Below, piece after piece: positions 10,558 through 20,994 of a DNA stretch of 64,000 nt. Position 1 is the stretch's first letter; every line of letters starts with the position of its first letter. Location: contig CALXOZ010000007.1 of assembly GCA_944390195.1 (NCBI GenBank), positions 18,443 to 82,442 on the forward strand. The letters run 5' to 3'. The notes beneath the pieces were generated by a model. The model did no database searches, had not been told where the DNA came from, and saw only the letters and a program-made list of their open reading frames with translations. The translations under genes and the position numbers were made by a program. This DNA comes from an uncultured Alphaproteobacteria bacterium (GTDB lineage: Bacteria; Pseudomonadota; Alphaproteobacteria; CAAGCB01; CAG-977).

Positions 10558-11229
10558 ATGAATACGGCGTTGAAAGTCTTTTGCCTGACAGTTCTTTTGG
10601 CATCTTGTACCATTGTCGAATATAAACATGAACCTACAAAAGTGCAGCCGATTGTAAAGCTGTCTTTGATTGATCGCATTCAAACACAAATTGTTGACAT
10701 GCAAAGAGACGTACTTGACGCGCTGCCTGATGAAATTGCGGGATTTAAATCGGTGGAACCCGCAGCGAACCGAGAACAAAACAAACGCGGGGCGGGGTAT
10801 ACGCGTGTTTATCTGGCAGGAGATATCGTTGCAACGGTTTTTGTTTATAATGATCGGGACTTTGATATCCCCGTAAAAATCGATTCAAAAGTGGAAAACC
10901 TGATGGACAAACATCTTGATACGTTTCAGGTCATGCAGTCCTATAAGAATGTTAAAACAGGCAAGGCAAAAAAACGCAATTTCCGTTGGCGTGGCGTGAA
11001 TTATCAAGTGTTGGAGGCGGATGTTGAATTTTCTCAACGCGATGAAGATAAAAAGTCTTTGCTTGTTTTGGGGACGAACAAGGATTTGATGTCGTATGTT
11101 CGTATTCATTATACTTATCCGAAGGCGAAACAAGCGGAAGTGAATAAAAAGAACATTGCTTTCACCCGTTCTGTTTTCGTGGCTTTGCATGATTTCGCCG
11201 TTGCTCAAAATTCACCTGTCGCGCAATAA
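10558..11229 (+). CDS. Hypothetical lipoprotein.
   Basis: 223 aa. Signal peptide plus lipobox LLASC. No recognisable catalytic motif. Confidence 0.5.
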   Translation: MNTALKVFCLTVLLASCTIVEYKHEPTKVQPIVKLSLIDRIQTQIVDMQRDVLDALPDEIAGFKSVEPAANREQNKRGAGYTRVYLAGDIVATVFVYNDRDFDIPVKIDSKVENLMDKHLDTFQVMQSYKNVKTGKAKKRNFRWRGVNYQVLEADVEFSQRDEDKKSLLVLGTNKDLMSYVRIHYTYPKAKQAEVNKKNIAFTRSVFVALHDFAVAQNSPVAQ

Positions 11230-11241
11230 ACCGATAAAGAG

Positions 11242-11670
11242 ATGTTTATGAAGAAATATATTGTTTTATTTTTGTTTTTTCTTTCCGGATGCACCGTAGA
11301 TCCTTCCGGAGAAATCAACCGGACACTGGATATGATGAATCAAGCTTATGAAAATAAAGATCTTGATGCTTTTATGTACTTTATCAGTCCGAATTATTTG
11401 GGGAAAAAAGATATTCTGCAGATCGGTGTTGAAAATGATTTCGCCGGCTTTACGGAAATAGATTATCAAACATCCGTTTTTCATACGGATATCGATCCTC
11501 AAAGCGGTATATATCAGGCGGATGTGTCTTATTCCCGTTCTTTGAAGTCCCCGCGTCATGGCGTCGATAATCAAGAAGGAAAAGCTTTTCTGACGTTTAT
11601 TAAAAAAGACGGCGAATTGAAACTGGTAGATATGTCTGATCCGACACTATACGGTATAATTGCTCCATAA
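11242..11670 (+). CDS. Hypothetical lipoprotein with an NTF2-like (SnoaL/DUF4440-like) fold.
   Basis: 142 aa. Lipobox LSGC. YENKDLDAFMYFISPNY resembles the N-terminal helix pattern of NTF2-like domains. This is inference. Confidence 0.4.
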   Translation: MFMKKYIVLFLFFLSGCTVDPSGEINRTLDMMNQAYENKDLDAFMYFISPNYLGKKDILQIGVENDFAGFTEIDYQTSVFHTDIDPQSGIYQADVSYSRSLKSPRHGVDNQEGKAFLTFIKKDGELKLVDMSDPTLYGIIAP

Positions 11671-11684
11671 AGTTGAAGAAGGTT

Positions 11685-14213
11685 ATGTTGAACGCTGAAG
11701 AAATTATGCAGATGTATGAATCTGCTTATGATGCGCCGCGCGCTTTCGATCCCTTGCATCCTCAGGACGGAACGCTGTCCAGAAAACAAGATGGTCTGCC
11801 GCCTTTGGCGTTGAATGCGGAACAGGTCAAAGCCTGTGTTTCATTGTTGGAACAGGGAAAACAAACACAAAAGATGTTGGACTGCCTGTTAAACCGCGTC
11901 TGTGCGGGTACGTCCGATGCCGCGGCGGTAAAAGCGGATTTTCTGGGACGTGTGGCAAAAAAACAGGTTTTGATTAAAGGCTTGTCCGAACGCGAGGCAA
12001 TCGATCATTTGGGGTATATGAAGGGCGGTCATAATATAGCCGTGTTGATTTCCTTGTTGCAAAATGATGAAACGGCGCCGGCTGCTGTTGCCGTCTTATC
12101 TGAATTGGTTCTTATTTATCAGGCTTTGGATAAAGTAAAATGCTTGTATGAAGCCGGCAACAAATATGCCGCCGCTTTGCTGGAAGCATGGGCAAGGGCG
12201 GATTGGTTCACCCATCGGCACGCATTGGAAGACGAAACGGAACTGGTCGTTTTTAAAATTCCTGACGATATAGAGGCTTCTACGGATTTTTTATCCCATT
12301 CAAAAGGGGGACATACCAGAACGGATATTCCCTTTCATGCCAAACATTATTTTATGAATGAAAAGCTGTTGACCGAATTGGAAGCTTTGAAGTCTGCACA
12401 TCCTGATACCCAAGTGGTTCTGGTCGCCGATAAAATCGGGACGAGCTCTTCCCGTAAATCCGGCATGAACAATATCGAATACAATATCGGTGTGGAAAAT
12501 GAGGATACGCGTTTCCAGCCGGATAAAAAAACACGGGCAATCATTTTCGCCGGAAGTGTTTTAGGACCGATTTTCGCCAAGACGGCTCAAGATATGGGTT
12601 CGATCATTGTTCGTGTGGATACGGACTTGTTCCATACGGGGGATAAAATCCGTGTCGTGTGGCGAACAGGGGAAATTTTATCGCAAACAAGGGAAAAGAG
12701 AGCTTCATTCGTTCCTTTGAAGCAAGAAGAGTTGGACAGTTTGCAAGCCGGCGGGGCGACGGTCTTCCGTATGGGAAAGATATTGACGGCGAAAGCTTCG
12801 GAAATCATAGGCAGAAAATTTCCTTTGCCTTATGGCGAACCGAAGGGTGACGACCAAGATCATCCTATGAGCGCTGCGCAAAAGATCATTGCGAAAGCAG
12901 CCGGATTGAAAAGTGTCCGTCCTTCTCAAACCGTTTATGCCAAAGTGGATACGGTGGCGTCCCAAGATACAACCGGAGCCATGACGGTGCAAGAATTACA
13001 AGGAACCTTAGCAGCGATGCAGTTGGCTGTTCCGTTATTCTTGCAATCGCAATGCCATAATGCCGCTTTGGGATTCAGAACCCCCGCCGTTGTGGAAGCG
13101 AACAAAAAACTGACGGACTTTATAAGAAAAACCGGCGGGATCACTTTGAACATGGGAGACGGTATCATTCATTCATGGCTTAATGAATTGGTCGTCCCGA
13201 ATACGATTGTCGTTGGGGGGGATTCCCATACACGGACTCCGCGAGCGTTGAGTTTTCCTTTGGGATCAGGGGGAATCGCTGAAGCCGCCGCTACCGGTAT
13301 AACGCAAATTACCATCCCCGAGAGTGTGTTGGTTCGTCTGAAAGGCGAGTTCATTCCGGGGATCACCGTAAGGGATCTGGTTAATTATATTCCTTATAAA
13401 GCTCAAAAGTTGTTCGGGAAAAACGTCTTTGAAGGGGCGATTATCGAATTTCAAAGAACCGGTTCCCCTTTTGAAATGATAGATGTTTTTAAAATGACAA
13501 ATTCTTCTGCGGAACGTTCCGCCGCTGCGGCTTATTTTGAACAAGACGCAACGATATTGGCGGACTATATCCGTGAACACAGCTTGCCATTAATCAAACG
13601 GATGATCGAAACGGGGTATGACAATCATTCTGTTTTAGAAAACAGGTGTCAAGCTTTACAAGCTTATCTGGACGATCCGCAAGAAGTTCATTTTGATGAT
13701 GAGTCTGTTTTCAAATATGTTTTAGAGATTGATTTGGAGGAAATCGACCAGCCTTACATTGCTTGTCCGCACACTCCCGATCATGTAAAGCCTTTATCTG
13801 AATTGGCGGGGATTCCCGTAGAGTTTTGTTTCGTCGGTTCATGTATGTCGGGACGGACGGATTTTGAAGATTTCGAGCGTGTAACACGTCCTGTTCAATC
13901 TTTACAAGCCGAAACATGGGTTGCGCCGCCTACTCGCATGATTGCATACGAGTTGCAACAAGCGGGGATATTGGATGCCTTGAAAGAACGGGGGGGTCGT
14001 GTGGAAATTTCCGGATGTTCTTTGTGCATGGGGAATCAAGAGCGTGTTCAAGGGCGACGTAATGTGTTGACGACATCGACACGGAATTTTAAAGGACGCA
14101 TGGGAGACGAAGCCAGTGTTTATCTGGTCTCGGCTTGTGTAGCGGCGACAGGGGCGTTGTTCGGTCGTTTCCCCGCGTTGGATGAATATTTTAAGGCGGT
14201 AAAAAATGGTTAA
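11685..14213 (+). CDS. acnB: Aconitate hydratase B (bifunctional aconitase / 2-methylisocitrate dehydratase).
   Basis: The track ORF begins with TTG at 11673. I favour the ATG at 11685 (MLNAEEIM...), which sits after the GAAGAAGG SD. The N-terminal HEAT-like region, GGDSHTRTP and SGCSLCMGNQERVQGRR match AcnB signatures (SDSHT, SCSLCMGNQARV). About 842 aa. Confidence 0.85.
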   Translation: MLNAEEIMQMYESAYDAPRAFDPLHPQDGTLSRKQDGLPPLALNAEQVKACVSLLEQGKQTQKMLDCLLNRVCAGTSDAAAVKADFLGRVAKKQVLIKGLSEREAIDHLGYMKGGHNIAVLISLLQNDETAPAAVAVLSELVLIYQALDKVKCLYEAGNKYAAALLEAWARADWFTHRHALEDETELVVFKIPDDIEASTDFLSHSKGGHTRTDIPFHAKHYFMNEKLLTELEALKSAHPDTQVVLVADKIGTSSSRKSGMNNIEYNIGVENEDTRFQPDKKTRAIIFAGSVLGPIFAKTAQDMGSIIVRVDTDLFHTGDKIRVVWRTGEILSQTREKRASFVPLKQEELDSLQAGGATVFRMGKILTAKASEIIGRKFPLPYGEPKGDDQDHPMSAAQKIIAKAAGLKSVRPSQTVYAKVDTVASQDTTGAMTVQELQGTLAAMQLAVPLFLQSQCHNAALGFRTPAVVEANKKLTDFIRKTGGITLNMGDGIIHSWLNELVVPNTIVVGGDSHTRTPRALSFPLGSGGIAEAAATGITQITIPESVLVRLKGEFIPGITVRDLVNYIPYKAQKLFGKNVFEGAIIEFQRTGSPFEMIDVFKMTNSSAERSAAAAYFEQDATILADYIREHSLPLIKRMIETGYDNHSVLENRCQALQAYLDDPQEVHFDDESVFKYVLEIDLEEIDQPYIACPHTPDHVKPLSELAGIPVEFCFVGSCMSGRTDFEDFERVTRPVQSLQAETWVAPPTRMIAYELQQAGILDALKERGGRVEISGCSLCMGNQERVQGRRNVLTTSTRNFKGRMGDEASVYLVSACVAATGALFGRFPALDEYFKAVKNG

Positions 14214-15987
14214 GTCTTTTGTCAATGTTGTTCTTCCTGAAGAAACGGCGGGGTTGGCTTATGAAATTGTAAAAAAGGAACTTATTGAGGCTTTCCCTGA
14301 TTTTGTCGGTCAAAACCGTTTGCGTGAACATGATTGGAGTTTGAAAAACAGGATTCAAACAAACGGGGAAGTGATCAAGGAAACATTGGAGCTGGTCGGC
14401 GGAGATGAAAACGCCGTTTTGATCAAAGGTCCGGGGATTACACCGACAAAAGAACAAACGCAAAGTGTTTTGACCATGCTTGATGATTCGCGTAAACCCG
14501 AAGAACTCGGGAAGTTGGTAACAGGGACGCCGAACGGGTATTTGCGCGGGCATTGGTTGGTGAAAGGTAACCTTGAACGTTATGAAAATCCCGGTTTGTC
14601 GGATTTATTGATCTCTTCTTTGCCGGTTTACGATGCGGCGCAAAAGCCCGACGTATTGTTTTTAGAGGGCGGCAGAAAAAAAGACGGTTTCTTTTTCATA
14701 TTGGATAAAGAGTGCGAAGTGCGTGTCGATTTTAACCGGCATACGGTACGGGAACCGGAAAAGTTATCCGCCGGTTCGGCTGTTTATGCTAAATTCACAC
14801 GCCGCAAAGATGTTTGTGATCTGTGCGATAAGGCGATCGCGAAAAGAAAACCGGTTGTTTTTATGTCGAAATATACTGTTCGCCCGCAATTGGACGGTGA
14901 AAAGAAAAAGATCTATAACGACCAAAGACAAAAAGCCGGATTGAAACGGTTGGAAGGCAATCAAGGGGATATTGTTGATGCGGCTTTTGCGCGGTTATTG
15001 GCTCGTCCTGAAAATCGCCCGATAACAGTTTTAGTTCCGGATCCCTCTTACGGTCCGAAAATAGCAACTGTTCTGAGTGCGGTCTATGGGCGAGGGGTAA
15101 AACGGCATTCGGGCGGATTTTCGGTGTGCCGTTTTTCCGCGGGCAAAAGTGAATATGGCGGATTGAACCACGTCGTTGATGTCGACGGGGAATACAAAAT
15201 CGTGATCGGTTCTCAGGAATATAAAATTCCGGTCAAAGCCGGTGATATGTTTGAAGAAATGCACTATGATTATGCGGATGCGAAACGTTATGTCAAACAG
15301 GTCTTTCATCAGGCGATGATCAAAAAGTATGATCGTGTCGTTTTCGCTTTTGATGAAGCGGATCCGTATGATACACCAGTGATCAAAGCTGTTCGGGAAA
15401 CCGCTTTGAAGTTGAAAAAAGTCGAAGGTGATGATTTCTTGATCATGAAGCCTGATGAGGCTGCTGTGATGATGTTTACCGCGCCTTTGCCCGGAGGCAC
15501 ATGTTATGCGTACGATAATTTATGGGGCGATATCGTTTCGGATGCCATAGATTTGGGAACCAGCATAGCTTCCATTGATTCTGTCATTTTATTGGCTGAC
15601 GGGCGCGTGTGGGTCGAAATGGGGGCGGCAGGAACGGCACCGGATTTGATGACTCTTTATAAAAAAGAAGGTCTTCTGCGTTATGACCCTATCCCTATCA
15701 TCGAAGCGTTCAGTATCGGTTTTACGCAAGCGGCTTTAAAAGAACCGGAAAATGAAAAGCTGGCGGTTTATGCCACAGCCCTGCATCAAGCTTATTTGAA
15801 TGTTTTGAAAAAAGGAATTGCCACGCCGGATCTTGTCGAAAAATTAAAACAAGAACATAAAACCGGTGTCGATACGCTGTCGTTCGTAAAGGCGGTCAAA
15901 GTGGAATTGTCAATTCTTTTGGGGTTGAAAGAACAGGAAGGTCTTTTCCGGTCGGATTTTGAAAAAACATTAAAGGAAATCAGATGA
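14206..15987 (+). CDS. Monomeric-type isocitrate dehydrogenase homologue, unusually short at 593 aa.
   Basis: Three segments resemble monomeric IDH (Azotobacter type): the N-terminus VVLPEETAGLAYEIVKKELIEAF, NAVLIKGPGITPT, and DNLWGDIVSDAIDLGTSIAS...EMGAAGTAPD, the last matching the IDH-family NLxxDxxSD...GTAP substrate loop. It overlaps the acnB stop (ATGGTTAA) and the gltA start (ATGA), giving an acn-icd-glt operon context. Confidence 0.5.
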   Translation: MVKSFVNVVLPEETAGLAYEIVKKELIEAFPDFVGQNRLREHDWSLKNRIQTNGEVIKETLELVGGDENAVLIKGPGITPTKEQTQSVLTMLDDSRKPEELGKLVTGTPNGYLRGHWLVKGNLERYENPGLSDLLISSLPVYDAAQKPDVLFLEGGRKKDGFFFILDKECEVRVDFNRHTVREPEKLSAGSAVYAKFTRRKDVCDLCDKAIAKRKPVVFMSKYTVRPQLDGEKKKIYNDQRQKAGLKRLEGNQGDIVDAAFARLLARPENRPITVLVPDPSYGPKIATVLSAVYGRGVKRHSGGFSVCRFSAGKSEYGGLNHVVDVDGEYKIVIGSQEYKIPVKAGDMFEEMHYDYADAKRYVKQVFHQAMIKKYDRVVFAFDEADPYDTPVIKAVRETALKLKKVEGDDFLIMKPDEAAVMMFTAPLPGGTCYAYDNLWGDIVSDAIDLGTSIASIDSVILLADGRVWVEMGAAGTAPDLMTLYKKEGLLRYDPIPIIEAFSIGFTQAALKEPENEKLAVYATALHQAYLNVLKKGIATPDLVEKLKQEHKTGVDTLSFVKAVKVELSILLGLKEQEGLFRSDFEKTLKEIR

Positions 15988-17279
15988 TGGCAAAAACAGT
16001 CAAACTGGAATACGATGGAAAACAGATTGAAATGCCGTTGGTGGAATCAACCACCGGCGAAATGTGTATAGATATTTCGGAACTTCGTTCAAAAACGGGA
16101 CTGACGACATTGGATCCTGGATTCGGAAACACGGCTTCATGTGTCAGCAGGATCACTTATGTCAACGGGGAAAAAGGCATACTTCGTTATCGTGGCATTC
16201 CGATTGAAACGGTTGCCGAAAAAATGACGTTTGTCGAAACAGCATGGTTGTTGATTTACGGGCGTTTGCCGACGATGTCCGAAATGAAAACATTCAGTAC
16301 GCGTTTGACTAATAATGAATTGTTGCATGAAGGCTTGTTGCATCATTTCGACGCTTTTCCACCCAACGGGCAACCCATGTCGATTTTATCAGCGGTTATT
16401 AATTCTTTAATCTGTTATTCTCCGGAAATCATGGATACGACAGATGAAGAAGCCATGCGTAACGCTGTCGCCGCCATCATTTCTAAAGTGCGCACGATTG
16501 CCGCATTTTCTTATCGTAAAGCAATGGGATTGCCTTTTGTTTATCCGGATCCCGCCAGAAGTTATTGTGAAAACTTTTTGCATATGATGTTTTCAATTCC
16601 GCATAAGCCGCATCAACCGACACCTGAAGCGATAAAGGCTCTGAACTTGTTTTTAATGCTACATGCGGATCATGAACAGAATTGTTCGACTTCAACTGTT
16701 CGCATTGTCGGATCGGCGGAAACGAATTTGTTTTCTTCGGTAGCCTCCGGTGTGTGCGCTTTATGGGGAAAATTGCACGGAGGGGCGAATGTCGCCGTTT
16801 TTGAAATGCTTTCCCGTTTGGCACAGGGGAAGGAAAATATTGACGATTTCGTTCAAAGGGTTAAAAACAAGCAAGTCCGTTTAATGGGCTTCGGGCATCG
16901 TGTTTATAAAACATTCGATCCGAGGGCGAAGATTTTAAAAAAAGCCGTTTTCGACCTTTTGGAAACGCAACGGATTGACGATCCTTTGATTGACATCGCT
17001 TTGAAGTTGGAAGAAAAGGCGTTGAATGATGATTACTTTAAAGAACGCCATCTTTACCCTAATGTCGATTTTTATTCTGGGATGATCTTAAGGGCGTTGA
17101 AAATTCCTTTGAACATGTATACGGTGATGTTTGCGATCGGTCGCGTTCCGGGCTGGATAGCGCATTGGCGCGAAGGCAATGAAGGAGCTCGCCGTTTGGC
17201 AAGGCCGAGACAGTTGTATCAAGGAGCCGTCGATACGCCTTTTGTGCCGATTGAACTGCGTCATGGAGACGAACTTTAA
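15984..17279 (+). CDS. gltA: Citrate synthase.
   Basis: 431 aa. KLEYDGKQIEMPLVESTTGE...LDPGF...GILRYRGIPIE and GFGHRVYK are classic citrate synthase motifs. The start overlaps the preceding gene. Confidence 0.9.
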   Translation: MMAKTVKLEYDGKQIEMPLVESTTGEMCIDISELRSKTGLTTLDPGFGNTASCVSRITYVNGEKGILRYRGIPIETVAEKMTFVETAWLLIYGRLPTMSEMKTFSTRLTNNELLHEGLLHHFDAFPPNGQPMSILSAVINSLICYSPEIMDTTDEEAMRNAVAAIISKVRTIAAFSYRKAMGLPFVYPDPARSYCENFLHMMFSIPHKPHQPTPEAIKALNLFLMLHADHEQNCSTSTVRIVGSAETNLFSSVASGVCALWGKLHGGANVAVFEMLSRLAQGKENIDDFVQRVKNKQVRLMGFGHRVYKTFDPRAKILKKAVFDLLETQRIDDPLIDIALKLEEKALNDDYFKERHLYPNVDFYSGMILRALKIPLNMYTVMFAIGRVPGWIAHWREGNEGARRLARPRQLYQGAVDTPFVPIELRHGDEL

Positions 17280-17387
17280 TCGTTCTTTGATTTTTGATAT
17301 TTTCCGGATCGTACCGGATATTGAAAGACAATCTGTTCCGGATTTCGCGAAAACAGGGGGCAGTTTTTCTTACTTGGAAATTTTTCT

Positions 17388-17425
17388 GAAAGCAGCTTTG
17401 GCTTTGGAAGGGCTTTCCTGTTTTT
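17388..17425 (+). terminator. Probable intrinsic terminator after gltA.
   Basis: GAAAGC...GCTTTC stem followed by CTGTTTTT, about 110 nt after the gltA stop. The stem is imperfect. Confidence 0.4.
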
Positions 17426-17990
17426 AACGGATAAATAGTGTCGTAATGCCTTCCTGAGAAAGCTCTCCTCCGAAATGCATAAAACAAAGCATCGACGGAT
17501 CATCTGTAAAGGATTGTTGTTTGTTTTATTGTAGGGCATATATTTCAGGAGGGCTGTTTAAATATTTGCGATTTTTGCGTCATTTTTGCAGATAATCACC
17601 GTTACTTTTTGAAAAGGCGGGGAAGGGGAAGCGTTCTGTCAATCTTGATGTCGAAAACAGTAAGGAAATTTATCAGACAGTGTTGATTTTTCCAGTTTGA
17701 AACGATATCAGCAATAAAGCTTTTTTATCAAGAAGTGATGTAAAAGCTTCACTTGATTTTTTCCGTCCAACAACTTGTTAAAATCCTTTACCTTTAAAAA
17801 ATACCTAATACATACCCCGTATGTTTTGGAACAAAATATTGAAAACGGCTTTTGTTAAATGATGCCTTCGTTTGTTAGACATGACCGGAAGGGTGTGGAC
17901 TTTTGTTTGATCGCCTAATGTCTTGATGTCGTTTTTGATTTTTTTGTGTACTGTTATTATATTGCCGGTATGATATTTCAGGAGAAGCCG

Positions 17991-18347
17991 ATGGCGGTAA
18001 ATGAGCAATTGATCGCAAAAAAAATGGCAAAGGCTTTAGCGTTTTTATGTTTGAATGAACATCTTCAAACGCCTTTGCATAACGGGGAACACCCCGTATC
18101 AAAAACAGGTGATTATTCCGATGTTTTCATCACCGATGCCGAAGGGCGTCAAATCGTTTGGTGCCAAGCTTGTCGTGTGTCATGCAAAGAACGCGAGAGA
18201 GTGTTTGATGATGTCGCAAAAGGGATTTATGATTTTTTACTCAACATTGAAACGGATTTTTATACCAGACGGTTGGAACGCGCATATCGTGCTTGCGTCC
18301 ATTGGAAAAAAGAAGGACTTAAAAAAAAGACAAAAAGGAGAATATAG
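17991..18347 (+). CDS. Hypothetical small protein, 118 aa.
   Basis: The track ORF starts at 17946. I prefer the ATG at 17991, preceded by the AGGAGAAG SD (MAVNEQLIAKK...). A candidate promoter TTGTGT-N17-TATTAT lies upstream. Lys-rich C-terminus. No family recognised. Confidence 0.35.
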   Translation: MAVNEQLIAKKMAKALAFLCLNEHLQTPLHNGEHPVSKTGDYSDVFITDAEGRQIVWCQACRVSCKERERVFDDVAKGIYDFLLNIETDFYTRRLERAYRACVHWKKEGLKKKTKRRI

Positions 18348-18423
18348 CTTTTTTTTGTTTCTTTTATAACGGATTCAAGGTAAAACAAAAATAAGTGTTT
18401 TAACCGATGGATCTGATTTTGAT

Positions 18424-19590
18424 ATGAAAAAATCTGCGTTTTCGGGATTGTTGCCTGTCGGTATGACAGATGTTCTTCCTCCCTTCGTCGATGACGAAGC
18501 CAAGGCTGTAGAAAAAATTATTAATGTGTTCCAAAATAACGGTTATCAACGTGTCGAACCGCCTTTATTGGAATTTGAAGAAACATTATTATCTGAAAAA
18601 TATGTCGATTTATCGCTTCAAACTTTTCGCTTAACGGATTCCGTTTCCGGAAAAATCATGGGATTGCGTGCGGATATGACACCGCAAATCAGCCGGATTG
18701 CCGTAACACGGCTGAAAGACGAACCGCGTCCGCTCCGCTTGGCTTATTTGGGGCACGTTGTGCGTGTTTTTGCCGATCAATTAAATCCATCGCGTCAAAT
18801 TTTGCAAGTCGGAGCCGAGTTGATCGGGGCGGATTGCGCAAAAGCGGACGGAGAAATCATTCTGTTGGCGGCGGAGGCTTTGAGACATTTGAAAATTTCT
18901 TCCGTCATTTTCGATTTGAATTTGCCGACATTATTTCCAGCATTATGTTCAGCAGTCGATATAAATCGTGAAGATCGTGAAAAAATGGTAGATTTTCTTA
19001 ACCGGAAAGACTTTTCCGCCGTGTTGTCGGTATTGGAAACGACAAACAGAAAGGCGCGGGAAGCAAAGCCTTTGTTTGAAGCTTTGTTCCAAGCGTTCGG
19101 GGATTGTCAGCGTGTTTTGGAAATCTTGCGCCCTTTGCGTTTACCACAAGAAGCGGCAGCCGAATGTCATCGTCTGTTTGATGTTATCGCTTTGTTGAAA
19201 AAAGAAGCTCCGGATTTGTCCGTAACAGTAGATGTTCTGGAAAACAGAGGGTTTGAATATCATACGGGGATAGGCTTTTCCGTCTTTTCCAAGCAAAACG
19301 AACATGAATTAGGGCGAGGCGGGCGTTATATCGCCGGTATGGATGGAGCTGTATCACAACCGGCGGTCGGAGTAACGTTGTTTGTTGCCGACATTTTGAA
19401 CGTCTTGAATGACAGGGAAGTGAAAAAAAGAGTGTATGTTCCTATGGATGTTTCTTTTTCACAAGCCGCTCAATTGCGTGAAAAAGGGTATGTAACGGTT
19501 TGTGCGTTAAAATCCGGAAACGATATAGAGGAGGCACGGCGTTTGTCGTGTTCTTGGATTTATTCAAGCGGATGTGTCCAACCGCTTTAG
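18424..19590 (+). CDS. hisZ: ATP phosphoribosyltransferase regulatory subunit HisZ (HisRS paralogue lacking the anticodon-binding domain).
   Basis: 388 aa, the size of HisZ rather than HisS. Class II aaRS-like core with RVEPPLLEFEETL and GLRADMTPQI motifs, and no C-terminal anticodon-binding domain. Confidence 0.6.
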   Translation: MKKSAFSGLLPVGMTDVLPPFVDDEAKAVEKIINVFQNNGYQRVEPPLLEFEETLLSEKYVDLSLQTFRLTDSVSGKIMGLRADMTPQISRIAVTRLKDEPRPLRLAYLGHVVRVFADQLNPSRQILQVGAELIGADCAKADGEIILLAAEALRHLKISSVIFDLNLPTLFPALCSAVDINREDREKMVDFLNRKDFSAVLSVLETTNRKAREAKPLFEALFQAFGDCQRVLEILRPLRLPQEAAAECHRLFDVIALLKKEAPDLSVTVDVLENRGFEYHTGIGFSVFSKQNEHELGRGGRYIAGMDGAVSQPAVGVTLFVADILNVLNDREVKKRVYVPMDVSFSQAAQLREKGYVTVCALKSGNDIEEARRLSCSWIYSSGCVQPL

Positions 19591-19604
19591 CTTTGTTTTT
19601 TTAA

Positions 19605-20906
<1,302 letters not shown>

Positions 20907-20942
20907 TAAAAATCTTTTTATTTAAAGCAAATCATGTAAAAT

Positions 20943-20976
20943 AAGGGAAAGAGCGGAAGCTTTTTCCCTTTTTTCC
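20943..20976 (+). terminator. Intrinsic terminator after purA.
   Basis: AAGGGAAAGAGC-ggaa-GCTTTTTCCCTT stem (one mismatch) followed by TTTTT. Confidence 0.5.
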
Positions 20977-20994
20977 GTACTTCGGAAGGCGAAT

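Noticed and set aside
17732-17744. GTGATGTAAAAGC motif here and as reverse complement with an A4 insertion at about 24752
   Set aside because: Only two short occurrences, one with an indel. It is probably chance in AT-rich DNA. Noted but not called.
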